NCBI RefSeq assembly: GCF_009914755.1
Contig: NC_060935.1
DNA from: the human T2T-CHM13v2.0 reference genome, Homo sapiens
Reading direction: 5' to 3' (one strand)
DNA length: 64,000 nucleotides
This document shows, in pieces, positions 42,029-63,049 of this stretch (the first letter of the stretch is position 1; each line of letters opens with the position of its first letter). Made by a program: the position numbers and the translations under genes. The notes under the pieces are model-generated. The model did no database searches, was not told the DNA's origin, and saw only the letters and a program-made list of their open reading frames with translations.

Positions 42029-42957
42029 ATTAATAGAATAATCCAGACCCACGGTAGGGTCAAAATTCCTAACTCAAGGTCCCAGAGAGGCTCAGAGAAG
42101 CCTTTTGGAAGAAGGGACTCCTGCCCCAGCTAAGACTGATGGATAAGTAGCAAAGGCTTTCTGGGGACACAGCACAAACAGCCCACCTGAAGCGGTGAAT
42201 CGGCGTCCTGGGTGCCTGGCACACCTTGTAGCTCAGCTTACTAGCTAGTGGAGTGCGAAGGGGCGTGTACTTGTCGGTTGGAGCTGGTCATGAAAGAGCT
42301 CGTGGGACTGCCCGACGGTTCTCAGGTCCCAGTGCATCCTGCGTGGTGGCTCTCTGCTGAACCATAAAGCATTCCTTTTCAATCCCTGCACGCTCACGCC
42401 GGGAAAAGACTGCACAAGGGGCCTGCCAAGGCAGACAAGCGATCGCCACCCAGCTGGCTTCCGAGGGTCCCCGCCCTCCACCGGAGGCCTGTTACCACGG
42501 CAACCAGTGAGGGCGGAAGTGGCTCAGAAGACCGGTTCTCCCTAATCAGGTGACTCTCCCGCCTCCTGCACGTGACACCGGAGCCCAGAAGCGCGCTCTA
42601 CCTAATCAAGACCCCACCCCTCTTTCCCTTTACTGACAATTGACAGCGACCTCTTGCAATGGCCCTTCCGCCTCCACCAGGAGACTCTGCCCGTTGGTAG
42701 TAAAAGAACCAATTAGACTGGGAAAAAAAGAAGCAACGCCCCAGGTTTCACCCCGGCTTGACAGACGCAATTGAGGCCATCCTTGAGTCCCTCCGCCCCC
42801 AAGTCCAGTAATGCCAGCGATGGACAGACCTTCTACCCAATAGCACGCCCCTTTTCTGCCGTTGGGTCCCGCCCCCTTGAGGGCTAAGCCAATGAGCGCT
42901 CCGGGTCTCAGCGGGGTGGAGGGGTTGCACTGCGGTAATATGGCTCTTCCTTAGCCA

Positions 42958-42996
42958 GCGGCGGCAACGGCGGCAGCGGCGGCAGCGGCGGCGGCT
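42958..42996 (+). repeat. Interrupted (GCG/GCA)n triplet repeat, probably in the UVRAG 5' UTR
   Basis: GCG GCG GCA ACG GCG GCA GCG GCG GCA GCG GCG GCG GCT. Confidence 0.9.
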
Positions 42997-43017
42997 ACTG
43001 TCTGGGCTGAGCAGTAG

Positions 43018-43479
<462 letters not shown>

Positions 43480-45485
43480 TAAGGGACAAGCAGCCAGCCA
43501 GCTCAAGTCCCTGGGGCCCCGGCCCGAGGCCGCCTCCCCCAACGCAGGGAGCCGGGGATTGCCCCGCGCAGACCCTCTCCCTCGTTCCGCCCAGGAAGGG
43601 ACCCGGGGAACCCCCTGTGTCCCACGGGCCATAGTGAAAGCACTTTTCCTTTCTTTCCCCACCTGGCCATCCCCGCTTACGGAGAAACCAGTTTGTACTC
43701 TTCGTGCAAGAGCCCTGGAGGAGACTTTAGGGTGTCTACCATTTGCTTTAATCTCCCCTGATTATTAAGTATTCGGCCTCTTTAGAGAAATGTATTCAAG
43801 ACTTGGGGGTTTCCTTCCTAATTCTCCGAGTCCCAAGGAACGCATCTTAATAATTAGGAGGACTTTTTCCTTCTTCATTCCCTTCAGTGAGTCTCTGTGG
43901 AAGGAGGATTTGATGTATATATTCATGTGTTCCTCCATCCTTTAGGAAGGGCTTTGAGGACTTCTTGGCTCTGCGTTGTAGGAAGATAAGAAGGGGGAAA
44001 CACTGACTTTGGAGATGTGACAAAACTCTTTGTTTCACTCACATATCTGTAGAGTACTTCCCTCCTTATATCGGTTGCCTTCCTTCTGTCCCCCAAGGGG
44101 AGATTTTGCAGGAATCTTAGCATTAAAGAGACCTAAAGAATACCTTTCACCCTCTCCCTTTATTCCTCCTGCCAAGAAGAGGATCTAGAGAAACTGTCAT
44201 TTACTGAGAACTTACCGTGTTGGATTTGTGCAAAGGGCTCAGTGGCCATTAGTTCACTGAATTTTCACAACTCTGTGAGATAGCTGTTTTTATTACCCCC
44301 ATTTGGCAGTTGAGGAAACTGAGGCTTGTCCAGAGCCTTCCAGTTAGTAAGTGGTGGGGCTGGGTTGCAGAATCCAGTGTCTGACTCTGCAGCCATGCAC
44401 GTGCTTGAGACTTGGGCAGCCTTCCTCCACCACCTTTACACAGGACAGAGTGAGTTCTTTCATACACCCCTCCAACTTTCCATCAGCTACCAGTGGGACT
44501 TAGGAAGGATTCAGAAAGAGGAAGGGAGAGGTTGTAGGGGAGAGAGTGGTTGAAAAGTGAAATGGATTTGAGTGCAGTAAAGGAGGCGGGGGCTAAAGGG
44601 AAGAGAAGAGTTGGAGATAATAACCACTGTGGTTGCCTTTGAATAGGCAGGCAGAAGAGCTTACAGTAGCAACGGCTTTTTGTGTGACTACTACCGAAGA
44701 GGATTGAAAAGATACCATGTGCCCTGGTTTTGTGATGCTGTTGGCAGGGAATTTCTGAATAGTGGGAGTTTGAGGGTAGTGGGGGTTTGGATTGTGTTGT
44801 GAGATACAGGGAGAGGGTAGAAGTCTGGCTAGGGAGGGAGACACGTCTCTGGAGTGAGCATTAATGTGAGTTTTTGTATGTGTGGGAGGTAGAGTGTGAG
44901 AGTGGTTACTGGGAGAGGGAATAGGGAGCACCGTTAGAAACACCCTGGAGAAGTCCTAAGGAGTTCAGGGGCCAAGAAGGTTTTAGTTTGGGGGAGCTTC
45001 GAGAGTGTGTGGGATTAGGAAAGAGAAAGCATCATTTACTTCATGGAGCCTATTCTCTGATAACAGTTCACAGTTTAACACTGGGAAAACTAATGCAAAC
45101 AAACTGTTGATGGAATAATTTCAGCCTCATTTGTTAGTGTTTGTGAAATTTTTGGATTGGTGCCGAGGGATATATAGTGGCTTAAGTGTACAGCTGAATG
45201 CTATATGAGTGCCGAGTATGCTATTTACATCTTTCTGGGGGTGTCAACCTTGAATTCTTGGAAGGCAGCCTATATAACAAAGCACTTTTACTTTTGCAGT
45301 TGACATCAATTTATCTTTTGGGGTCAAAATGCTCAGATTTTTAGTGTATAAATAATATCAATAAAATTTTGTTGAAGTTTTATCTGTATATAGTAAAGTA
45401 CACAGATTATCAGTATTCAGTGGATGAATTGTCACCAAGGGAACAGTTATGTAAGTACTACCCAGATTAAGAGATACAAAATTTT

Positions 45486-45814
<329 letters not shown>

Positions 45815-46116
45815 CCCCCCAAAAACCCCAAAATTATTAACATCCTGGAAGTCCTCCTATGTTCTCTTCCATCTCTGTTTTTCCTTTTTCTCTAAAGGAA
45901 CCACTTTTCTGATTTCTAATGTAAAAGATCAGTTTTTGCCTGTTCTTGAGCTTTATATAAATGGAGTTGTGCAAAATGTATTTTTTTGTGTCTGGTTTCT
46001 TTTACTCAGTATTGTTTGTGAGAGTCATGGAGTATCTGTGTATGTCTAATGTTTTTTTTTTAAGTATTACTTTGTTGCCTTTTTTTGCTTTTACAAAATT
46101 TCAAATATTTAGATAA

Positions 46117-46500
<384 letters not shown>

Positions 46501-46604
46501 GGTATCAATATTTCTAAACAAATAAACAAGCCCGGTTGGTTTAGGATTTTTATGATCAAGTTATCTCAAAACATAGATTCAGTGGCTCCCAACCTTCTTC
46601 TAAG

Positions 46605-46780
46605 ATGGGGTTTGTCAACCTTGGGACTGTTGACATTTTGGAGTGAAGATGGGCTGTTACATGTTTAGCCACATCCCAAGATATCAGCAGCACCTCCCCA
46701 GTCCTGACAATCAAAAATGAGTTCAGACATGGCCAAATGTTTCTTAGGGGGCAAAATTACCCCTAGTTGAGAACCACCTT
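46605..46780. mobile_element. MER20 (hAT-Charlie)
   Basis: tcaaccttgggactgttgacattttgg...gacaatcaaaaatg...cagacatggccaaatgt...ggggcaaaatt...agttgagaaccac. Confidence 0.85.
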
Positions 46781-47033
46781 ACTAAGGTGTATTTTCATTT
46801 TAGGATAGAGAGTATCCTTGTTATTATTGACTCATTTATTTCAATCTTCATTAAGTCCTGTTGATTCTAGAAGTGGCTGTAATGTTTAAAAAGTTAACAC
46901 TGCAAACACCTGAACTTTTCCATGTATGAGTACTAACTATAGTCCATATCAGCCCCTTGACTGTGTCAGATGGGACTACTACTTAATTTTGTCTCCTTTT
47001 GCTTCTATGTGATCTTACTTTACTGTAATTTGA

Positions 47034-48640
<1,607 letters not shown>

Positions 48641-48659
48641 TGATTAAATGTGATTAACT

Positions 48660-49980
<1,321 letters not shown>

Positions 49981-50014
49981 TGATTCTAACTTTTATCATC
50001 ACCAGCTGTGGTAG

Positions 50015-50942
50015 CATATGATAGGAAAGGCAAACTAGCTGTTTTCTCCTATTACACTGTTATACTATCAGCATAACCCTTCTGACATTAGATGTGTGGG
50101 GCTTTTTCCCCACACACCAAGCGATCCTCCAGTGAACACCAATATGGTGTCCTATGATTCAATTCAATTCTGCCACAATCTCCTTAGAGTTAGTATCATA
50201 TTCCACAAGTTAAAGGCTCAGACCCATAAAACTGTCCCCTACTTCACATGCCAGACGTAAGTCTGGGTCTCTGGAACTTCTTACCGACTGGCTATAAATT
50301 GGGGGTTCCTATGTTCCCCTCCTCAGGCTCAGTCATTTACTAGAGCAGCTCACGGAACTCAAGAAAGCACCTTGCTTGCACTTACTGTTTTTTTTTTTTT
50401 TTTAAATAAACAATATTACACAGGATACAGACGAGCAGCCAGATGGAAGATATCATAGGGAACAGTATGGGGGAAGTGGCCCAGAGCTTTCATGCCCTCT
50501 CATGGCAGCTCCACCCTCCACATGTTCAGCAACCCAGAAACTCTCCAAAACCTGTAGTTCTGTGATTTGTATGGAGGCTTCATCATGTAGGCATGATCAA
50601 TTATTAAGTCAGTCTTCAGCCCCTCTCCCCTTCCTGGAGGATGGGGAGTGGGGCTGAAAGTTCCAAGCTTCTGATCATGGCCTGGTCTTTCTGGTGACCA
50701 TTCTCCTTCTAGGAGCTCACCAAGAGTTGTCTCATTAGAACAAAGGATGTTCCTCACCTAGGAAACGCTGAGGGACTAGGCGTTGTGTCTGGAACTGGGG
50801 TCAAAGACCAAATATGAAAAGTAAAGATTCTCCTAGTACCCCTATGGCACCCAGGGAATGACAGAGGTTTTAAGAGCTCTGCACCAGGAACTGTGTACAA
50901 AGACCAAAGTATATATTTATTATTGTAAATTGAAGGGCCACA
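50015..50942 (-). mobile_element. MER21-family solo LTR inserted in L1M
   Basis: cttctgacattagatgtgtggggctttt...attcaattcaattctg...ttttaagagctctgcaccaggaact...aaagaccaaa...ca; 5-bp TSD ggtag at 50010-50014 and 50943-50947. Confidence 0.8.
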
Positions 50943-51119
50943 GGTAGTGTTTGTCAGGTTTCTCTGCTATAAGGTTACTCTTCCTCCCCTTCCCTCTATA
51001 CTGTAGTCTTTGGAAGGAAGTCACTATGTGTAGTCCACACTTGAGTGAGATCTGTGCTCCCCCTTCTTGAGGGTAGAGTATCTACATAAATTATTTGGAA
51101 TTTTTCTGTATGGGAGATT

Positions 51120-51360
51120 AAATCATGGCTCATTTCAGCCTCTAACTCCTGGACTCAAATTATGTGCCTCAGCCTCCCAAGTAGCTGGGACCACAGGTGC
51201 ACACCACCATGCCTGGTTCATTTTTTAATTTTAATTTTTGTAGAGACAGAGTCTTGCTATATTGCCCAGGCTGGTCTCTACCTCCTGGCTTCGAGCAATC
51301 CTCCCGCCTTGGCCTCCCAAAGCATTGGTATTACAGGCATGAGCGACTGCACTGGGCCGG
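51120..51360 (-). mobile_element. Partial Alu (AluJ-like)
   Basis: Reverse Alu consensus. Confidence 0.85.
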
Positions 51361-52286
51361 TAACTTAAAGTCACACAGAGTGTCAACAAAGGGACTACAA
51401 TCTAGGTGTTTCCTGTTTGCCCTAGACACCCATTCTTTGCAGGGTTCTGGTGAAAAGTTTTAAGTACCTCAGAGTTTGGGACCATCAGGCTTTATATTTT
51501 ATTTCCTACAGCACTTGTGCCTAACACTGTGCTGATGATTTAGTAGGAACTCATGTACAGTTTTTTTGTTTATGAGTCTTTCCCTTGAAGAACTTTACAG
51601 CCTAAAGAGAACAAGGAAAGATTGGATTCAGTGGTATTGAAACCCATGCAAAAAAACATGATAGAAGCAGAAAAGTAGATCTAAAGCTTGATTTTGCTGT
51701 ATAGGATAAATATTTTCCCTTTCTGTGTTTATGTTTATTTGGATACCCTACTTTTGCTAATCTAATTTAATCATTTTTCTATTACTAAAAAAAAAATCAG
51801 CTTTATTGGCAAGGCCGTTCATCTTATCAGGAACATGTGCCTCACGCAATGCACTACCATGCCGTGTACATTCATTCCTTCTGCAAATATTTACTAAGCC
51901 CCTTGTAACTCGAAGAAAAAATGTAATATATAGTTGAGTATCTAAAAAGTAAAATGATGGCAATTTTTTGTGCTGGTTTGGCTCTTATAAATAAAATGAT
52001 ATGAGGAAGCCTCAGAAACTTAAGATATCAGCATCTTGAAATCATTATTTTTATGTGACAAAATGCTATTAGGAATTTATGTTTTTTGTTTGTTTCTCTT
52101 TTTCCTGTGAAAATGAGTTTTTTTTTTTTTGAAAGGAAAAGCTATGTTTATTTAGTGTTTACTTTAAAATGTCTCTACAGGATCACAATTCTTTGTGGTA
52201 GAAAATTCAGAAGTGAAACTGACTAGAAATAGAGCACAAGCAGAATTGAAACTAATAAGTTGGGCCTGAAGTGAAACGTATGGTAG

Positions 52287-52696
<410 letters not shown>

Positions 52697-52831
52697 AAGT
52701 TTGTCATTTTCAACGTACTGGAATGTGTACAGCTACAAACTGAAGGTGTTTTAGAAAAAGACATCTGTCTTATGAGAGAGGTTGAAACATTTTAGGTTTA
52801 TGCTTTGTTTTAGGTTTAATGACATAAGTAA

Positions 52832-53136
<305 letters not shown>

Positions 53137-53554
53137 AGTAAAGTCTTATATTGTTAAATTTTTTCAATGCCTTGTACAGTATTTTAGCAGTTGCCTCCTT
53201 AGATTATAAAAGTAGACGAGTACACACAGAATGGAAACTTGACATTGGAATTTTACAATTCATAGTATACCTTCTTGATTTAGTATCACATAACCTTGTT
53301 TTCCATCTTATTTTAAGATGGAAACATGAATTTTGAATCATGGAATTTTGCAGATGCAAAACCTGAAGCCCTCTGAGGTGAAGCTATTTGCCTGGCCACA
53401 GACTTGTTCTAGCTATTTATTCTTGCCCTGGAGTATTTAGTAAAGAGTATTAGTTTAACAGATCTGTCTTGTGTCTTGTTCCTGCTTGTGGCAGAGAAAT
53501 AAACAGAACCTGGGTCTTGTGAACAGTTCCACTGTTCTTGGCTGGGTGTGTTGA

Positions 53555-54170
<616 letters not shown>

Positions 54171-55052
54171 GAGAACTTGTTTCTTAAACTTCACTCGGTC
54201 CTTTGGCAACATTAGCCTCACAGCTTTGGGGATTTTAGGCTAGAACTGAAATGGAGGAGAGGCTGTATTTTAACGTTCTCTTTAAGGGCAGAGCACTCAG
54301 AGTCCACCCTCCCACGTCCCTTTTATGGTGTGAATTAGAGTGAAACTTTGGAATGTCCCTCTGGAGCTTAAATGATCAGTCTTCCTGTTTTGTCCCTGGG
54401 TACTTACCATGCCTATCTTTTTTTTTTTTTTTTTTTAAATGTTCTACTTAAGAACTTCTGTTCTCTGCCTCTTTAAGTTTCTGAAAGAGTAACCATCTGG
54501 TTTTTTGATGGTTTTATTCTGTGTAATATTTGGTGTTGATTGCTGTAGACCCTATGTGGTAGTAATGTTATTAGGCATTTTACTTATCCATTCTTTGTGA
54601 AAACTCCAGTATAGTGTGCTTATTGATTGAGAGGCTGAGACTGATAATGCTGAAGTTGAGCATCAGAACTTACCACTTTGGAGTCTCACTTTGTTGGTCC
54701 ATTGAAATAGCTGGCGTTTTTTCCTACTGTGGTTTTTATAATGTCCAAAAGATGCAGTCAGACATTTTTGAAAATAATGAGGAACACCAGGAAGCTGAAA
54801 CTAGCAGCAACCTTTGGCTTTTGTCAGTAGACTCCTGGGAAAGAAAAAAGGGAAGACATAAAAGTAAAAGTGAGAATCAGACTTAATAGATCATAAAAGT
54901 AAACATGAGAATCAGGCTTATGATCTGTTTTTTTTTTTTCTCCAGGAAAAATTTTATACTCTTTAACATGAGTGTAGCTTTTGTGATTAAGGGTTTAACA
55001 GTGAATACAAGTAATTCGTGTGTTCATATTAGCGTATGTTAAAACTAATTCT

Positions 55053-55418
<366 letters not shown>

Positions 55419-56050
55419 TTAAAGTGCCTTGTTTGAATTGTTAGGCACAGGATTCGGAACTGTATGTCTTGTGTCTGCCAGCCTACTTACATCTTTCAGG
55501 GGATATGAACTATTTCCTTCCTTAATTCCAATCATTCTTTTGTATGAGAGCTAATCCAGAAAACTAAACTTTTAAACAATACAAAATAAAAATAATCTTG
55601 CTTAGGATTTTGAAAAACCTTTTTTTTTTTAACGTTGTCTCCTTTTAATGAAAATAAGACTGTCCTCAAGAAAATCAGTATTGCTTTCATCCACTAAGAT
55701 GTTAATATCTAAGTATACATGAGAAGTAGCAACATGAAGAAAGCTTTCTGGTTTTTTATTCTGAAAATAGATTATGAAGCAAGGTTGGCAGGTAGGCTGT
55801 GGGGTGCTCATTACAGGTCTAGGATAATTTACAGGACTATACTCATTACAGGATAGAATTGGTACCATTATAGAATTATATATGTATAGTAGATATTTCA
55901 GACTTGTTTTCATGAATTGACTTATTGGAGTTTATTCTACATGGAGTGTGTTTAATATAAATATAAAAATAAAGAGTAGCTGCCCAGGTGCTCTGGAGTG
56001 ATTGGTTGACTGGTGATAGTCATACACTTCTATCAAAAACGTCAGTATAA

Positions 56051-56186
56051 ATTGGGTGCCGTGCTATGCACCTGTAATCCTAGCCTACCTGGGAGGCTGA
56101 GGTGGGAGGATTGCTTGAGGCCAGGAGTTTGATTCCAGCCTAGGCAATATAGTGAGACCCCCATCTCTAAAAAAAAAAAAAAAAAA
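56051..56186 (+). mobile_element. FLAM-type Alu monomer
   Basis: Single left-arm monomer ending gtgagacccccatctct plus an A-tail. Confidence 0.85.
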
Positions 56187-56227
56187 GACACCAGTCTGAT
56201 GATGATGATAATGATTAATTAATTTTC

Positions 56228-56993
<766 letters not shown>

Positions 56994-57349
56994 TAGTGCA
57001 TTTTTTAATATTATACAACTACCCAAAAACTACTAAAAAATTAGAAAGCTGCTTCTCATGTATACCCAGACATTAACATTTTAGCAAATGAAAGCAATAC
57101 CACTTGTCTCAGTGACATTCTTCTCTTCATTAAGGTATCCTGTAAAGATCAGTGTAATTGAAAGACTTTCTTAACTATGACCCATTTTGTTTGGCTTCTT
57201 AAAGTTCATTTGAGTAATTCCTCACTTACTTAAAGTTGCACAAATGTGAATGCTTGTAAATGCCAGAGACTGTTTAGGTGCTGGAAGTAAAACAGCAAGC
57301 AAGACAGAGACACTGCCTTCATGGACCTAACCTTCTGGTGCATGAGAGA

Positions 57350-58296
<947 letters not shown>

Positions 58297-58932
58297 GTAA
58301 GTATTCTTTAATATGGTGTCATAAGAAGACTTGTTATAAGGCTGGTCCTGGGTATAACTAAGGTAACTTTGGAAAAAGTGCTTTGTTCTAGTCCTCAGGT
58401 TCTTAAGCTTTACAGTGAGAAGACTAGGTTATCTGTAGCTCTGTGCACATTTTTAACCTCTGTGTGCCTCCATTTCCTCAATTGCCAAATGCTTTTGTCT
58501 CGAATACTTTCATTCTACAAATACTGTGTTCAGCTCTGTTCTACAACATTATTAATTCAACAGTTAATTTTTGAGTTTCTACCATGTATCCCACAGTGGT
58601 TAAGAATATGGACACTAGAGCCTGACTGCTTGTGTTCAAATCCTGGTCCAGCTATTTTCTACGTGCCTAAACTAAGTTAGGCAACCTAGAAGTTATTTAA
58701 TCTCTGTGTGCCTCAGGGAGACTCAGGTAAAATGGGCATAATAATAGCCTACCTTGTAGGGTTGTTGAGAGGATTAAGTGTGTCATAAATTTCCCTAAAA
58801 AGGTGCTTGGTTTATAGTAAGTGTTCAAAAAATGTTAGCTGTTGCTACTGTCATTGCTATTCCCATTTGTCAGGCACTGAAGATACAGGATAAGCGTGTC
58901 CTTGCCCTGGAGGGACTCATAATCTAGTGGGT

Positions 58933-59246
<314 letters not shown>

Positions 59247-59461
59247 CTAGTGGGTAAGACAAATATGTCACTAGGCCATTTTAGTGTAATATAAGAGATG
59301 ATTCGAAAAAAGTACTGAGATGGGAAAGATGGGAAATGCATGCTAGCAGAGGGACCAGCTTGAGCAAAATGGTAAGAAGGTGTAAAAAGGAATGGCAGAT
59401 AATTGAGGCCAGAGTTTAAGGAGCTTAGAGGAGGACGGTGGAAACAAGGAGCTGGAGAGTA

Positions 59462-59834
59462 CAAATGCCTTTTGATTTATGATGGGGTTATGTCCTGATG
59501 AACCCACTGTAAATTGAAAATATCGCTAAGTCAAAAGTGCATTTAATACACCTAACCTCTCGAACACCGTAGCTTAGCCTAGCCTGTGTTCTCAGACACT
59601 TTCCATTAGCCTATAGTTGGGCAAAATCGTCTGACACAAAGCTGATTTTTAAAAAAGCATTGAATATCTCATGTAATTTACTCATGTAATTTATTGAATG
59701 CTGACCTGAAGGTGAAAAACAGGATGGCTGTATGGGCACTCCATGTACGATTTCTACTGAATGCATATTACTTTCACACCATCATAAAGTAAAAACATCA
59801 TTAAGTCAAACCGTCCTAAGTCAGGGACTGTCTG
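59462..59834. mobile_element. MER47A-like TcMar-Tigger non-autonomous element
   Basis: TA|caaatgcc...gcatttaatacacctaacct...gcttagcctagcct...gggcaaaatc...taagtcagggactgtctg|TA; TA target duplication. Confidence 0.85.
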
Positions 59835-59839
59835 TACCT

Positions 59840-60712
59840 AGGACAGTCTGTGCTGTTCCACTTACAACACTTCTGACAACAAATATGTTGGGTTTTCCCC
59901 CCAACATCAACCAATTCTTTTACACCAGCTGGGTATCCTTGTGTTCAGTTCAATTCTGATGCTATTTACCCGGAGTTATGACCTACAAGTTAAGGGCCCA
60001 GTCCCACAAGGCTGCTCCCACAGACGTCAGTCCCAAGTCCCGGTCGCAGGCCTCCTGTACTTCTCAGCTATCAGCTATAAACTGAAGGTTACCATGACCT
60101 TCTCCTTGTGTTCAGTAATTTGTTAGAATGGCTCACAGAACTCAAGAAAACATTTTATGTATTATTATAGGTTTAGGATAAAGGATACAACCTGGGAACA
60201 GCCAATGGAAGAGATAAATAGGGCAAGGTATGGGGGAAGGGACGTGGAGCTTCCATGCCCTCTCTGGGTGTGCCAGCCTCCTAGCACTTCAATGTATCCA
60301 CCATTTCAGAAGCTCTCCAAGCTCTGTTTAGGGTTTCAGGGAGGTTCTATTAGGTAGCCATGATTGATTATATCATTGGCTGTTGGTGATTAACACAATC
60401 TCCAGCCTGTCTCCCCTCCCTGGAGGTCAGGGGGTAGAGCTAAAAGTTTTAACCCTCTAATCATGCCTCAGTGTTTCTGCCCTGAAGCTCTCTGAGGGAC
60501 TCCCAGCCACCAGTTATCTCATTAGCATGCAAAAGACACTTATCACTCCAGAGATTCCAAGGGTCTTAGAAACTCTTGTGTCAGGAACTGGAAACTACCA
60601 ATTATTACATTATAACAAAAGATGCTTCTGTCCCCCTATACCAAGGGTTTTAGGAGCTGTGTGCTAGAAACCAGGGCTGAAGACATACATTTCTTATCAT
60701 ACCAGTGTCACA
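59840..60712 (-). mobile_element. MER21-family solo LTR (second copy)
   Basis: acaacacttctgaca...gttaagggcccagtcccacaag...caagggttttaggagctgtgtgc...atttcttatcata...tcaca. Confidence 0.78.
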
Positions 60713-60829
60713 GAGAAGTTGTACTAATAGTTTGGAGTTAGATTGTAAAGGGTCACGTATGCCGTGATTTGGAATTTGGAATTTGGACATTATCCTGTAG
60801 GTAGAGAGAACAGTCTTTATTTTATTTAT

Positions 60830-62250
60830 TTTTATTTTTATTTGGAAAGAATTTCAAGCTTATGGAAAAATGGCACCTTTTATTTTATAAATTTCTGTTT
60901 TTCAGAACACCTGTATACCTGTTACTTAGATTTGTCTGTTAACATTTTGTGTTCAAATCCTGGTCCAGCCATTTCCTATGTGCCTAAACTAAGTTAGGCA
61001 ATCTGGAAGTTATTTATCTCTGTATGCTTCAGGGAGACTCAGGTAAAATGGGCATAATAATAGCCCATTTTGCTACATTTGCAAGCTTGCTCTCTTTCTC
61101 TCTTTCTGAATATGTGTAGATAAGGATATATAATTTTATGTGAATCATTTAAAGTTGTTACATACATCATGACCCTTTACCCTTAAATACTTGAGTATGT
61201 ATTTCCCGGAATAGGGATATTCTATTTCATATCCATAGCATAGTTATCTGCCGAGACCAGCTCGGTCAGGGAGACCCTAACCCAGCGGCGCTAGAGGAAT
61301 TAAAGACACACACATAGAGAAATATAGAGGTGTGGAGCTGGAAATCAGGGGTCTCACAGCCTTCAGAGCTGGGAGCCTCGGAACAGAGATTTACCCACGT
61401 ATTTATTAACAGCAAGCCAGTGATAAGCATTGTTTCTATAGATTATAGATTAACTAAAAGTATTCCTTACGGGAAACAAAGGGATGGGCCAAAATAAAGG
61501 GATGGATTGGGCTAGTTATCTGCAGCAGGAGCATGTCCTTAAGGCACAGATCGCTCATGTTATTGTTTGTGGTTTAAGAACGTCTTTAAGTGGTTTTCCA
61601 CCCTGGGTGGGCCAGGTGTTCCTTGCCTTCATTCCAGTAAACCTACAACCTTCCAGCATGGGCATCATGGCCATCACGAACATGTCACTAGTGCTGCAGA
61701 GATTTTGTTTATGGCCAGTTTTGGGGCCAGTTAATGGCCAGATTTTGGGGGGCCTGTTCCCAACAGTTATCAACATCAGTAAATTTAACATCGATACTTT
61801 AATCTAAGGTTCATCAGTTGATTCTATAATGTCCTTTATAGAAATTTTCCTCCTCCAGTTCAGGATATAGTCTAGGGTAGGTATTACATTTAGCCGTTGT
61901 GTCTCTAATGTAGAACATTTCCAAAGCTTTTCTTTGTCTTATTTTTAAATGTCACTAGCATAATACAGACCCTGCTCCCTTAAAAAAAAAATAGGACATT
62001 CCTCATTTTCTGTTTATCTGATGTTTCCTCATGATTAGATTCAGATTACACATTTTCAGTTGGAATATTGCATGGGTGGTAATATGTCCTTCATAAGGTA
62101 TCACTTCTGGATGTTCATTTGTCCCTCATTGGTAATGTTAATTTTGGTCACCCGGTCAAGGTGTCGTCTGATTTTTCAACTCTAATTCTTTGTGTGTGTG
62201 TACATGCATGCCCTTGCAACTAATAGTCTATAGGGAAACACTTTAAGACC
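60830..62250. mobile_element. L1M (MC/ME-like) 3' fragment hosting a MER9 LTR and a templated insert
   Basis: gttaacattttg...catcatgaccctttacccttaaatactt...gttatcaacatcagtaaatttaacat...ctgatgtttcctcatgattagattcag. Confidence 0.7.
61249..61765 (-). mobile_element. MER9 solo LTR (HERV-K9/HML-3)
   Basis: Reverse complement begins TGTTGGGAACAGGCCCCCCAAAATCTGGCCAT and ends CA; perfect 6-bp TSD GTTATC at 61243-61248 and 61766-61771. Confidence 0.92.
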
Positions 62251-62258
62251 ATGCATGG

Positions 62259-62699
<441 letters not shown>

Positions 62700-62942
62700 T
62701 CATTTGTGTTTAATAGGGAAAAAAAGAATATGTAATTATTGGAGAGCCATAAACTATAACTGATAACACTGGTTGCCCCAGGGGAAAGGAAATGGGTATT
62801 TGGGGCACACAGTAGTACGGAGACTGTTCACTATATCCTCTTATATACTGTGCCTTTTGAATTGTGAATCATATGAATTTTTGTGTGTATCATGTGTATT
62901 TTTAAAAATAACATTAAGGATACTTTTTACTTCTTATTTTTT

Positions 62943-63049
62943 AAGACTAGTCAAGTGTAGTAGTGAGAAGCGGGAAAGAGTTGAGCAAATTTGATCTGTA
63001 ACTGACTGTGAACACTAAATTGAGAAAACTCATTACCTTTGGATCAGCT
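62943..63049 (-). pseudogene. Y RNA (hY1/RNY1-derived) processed pseudogene
   Basis: Reverse complement reads gctgatccaaaggtaatgagttttctcaatttagtgttcacagtcagttacagatc...ttctcactactacacttgactagtctt, colinear with hY1; decayed A-tail seen as a T-run at 62924-62942. Confidence 0.9.
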
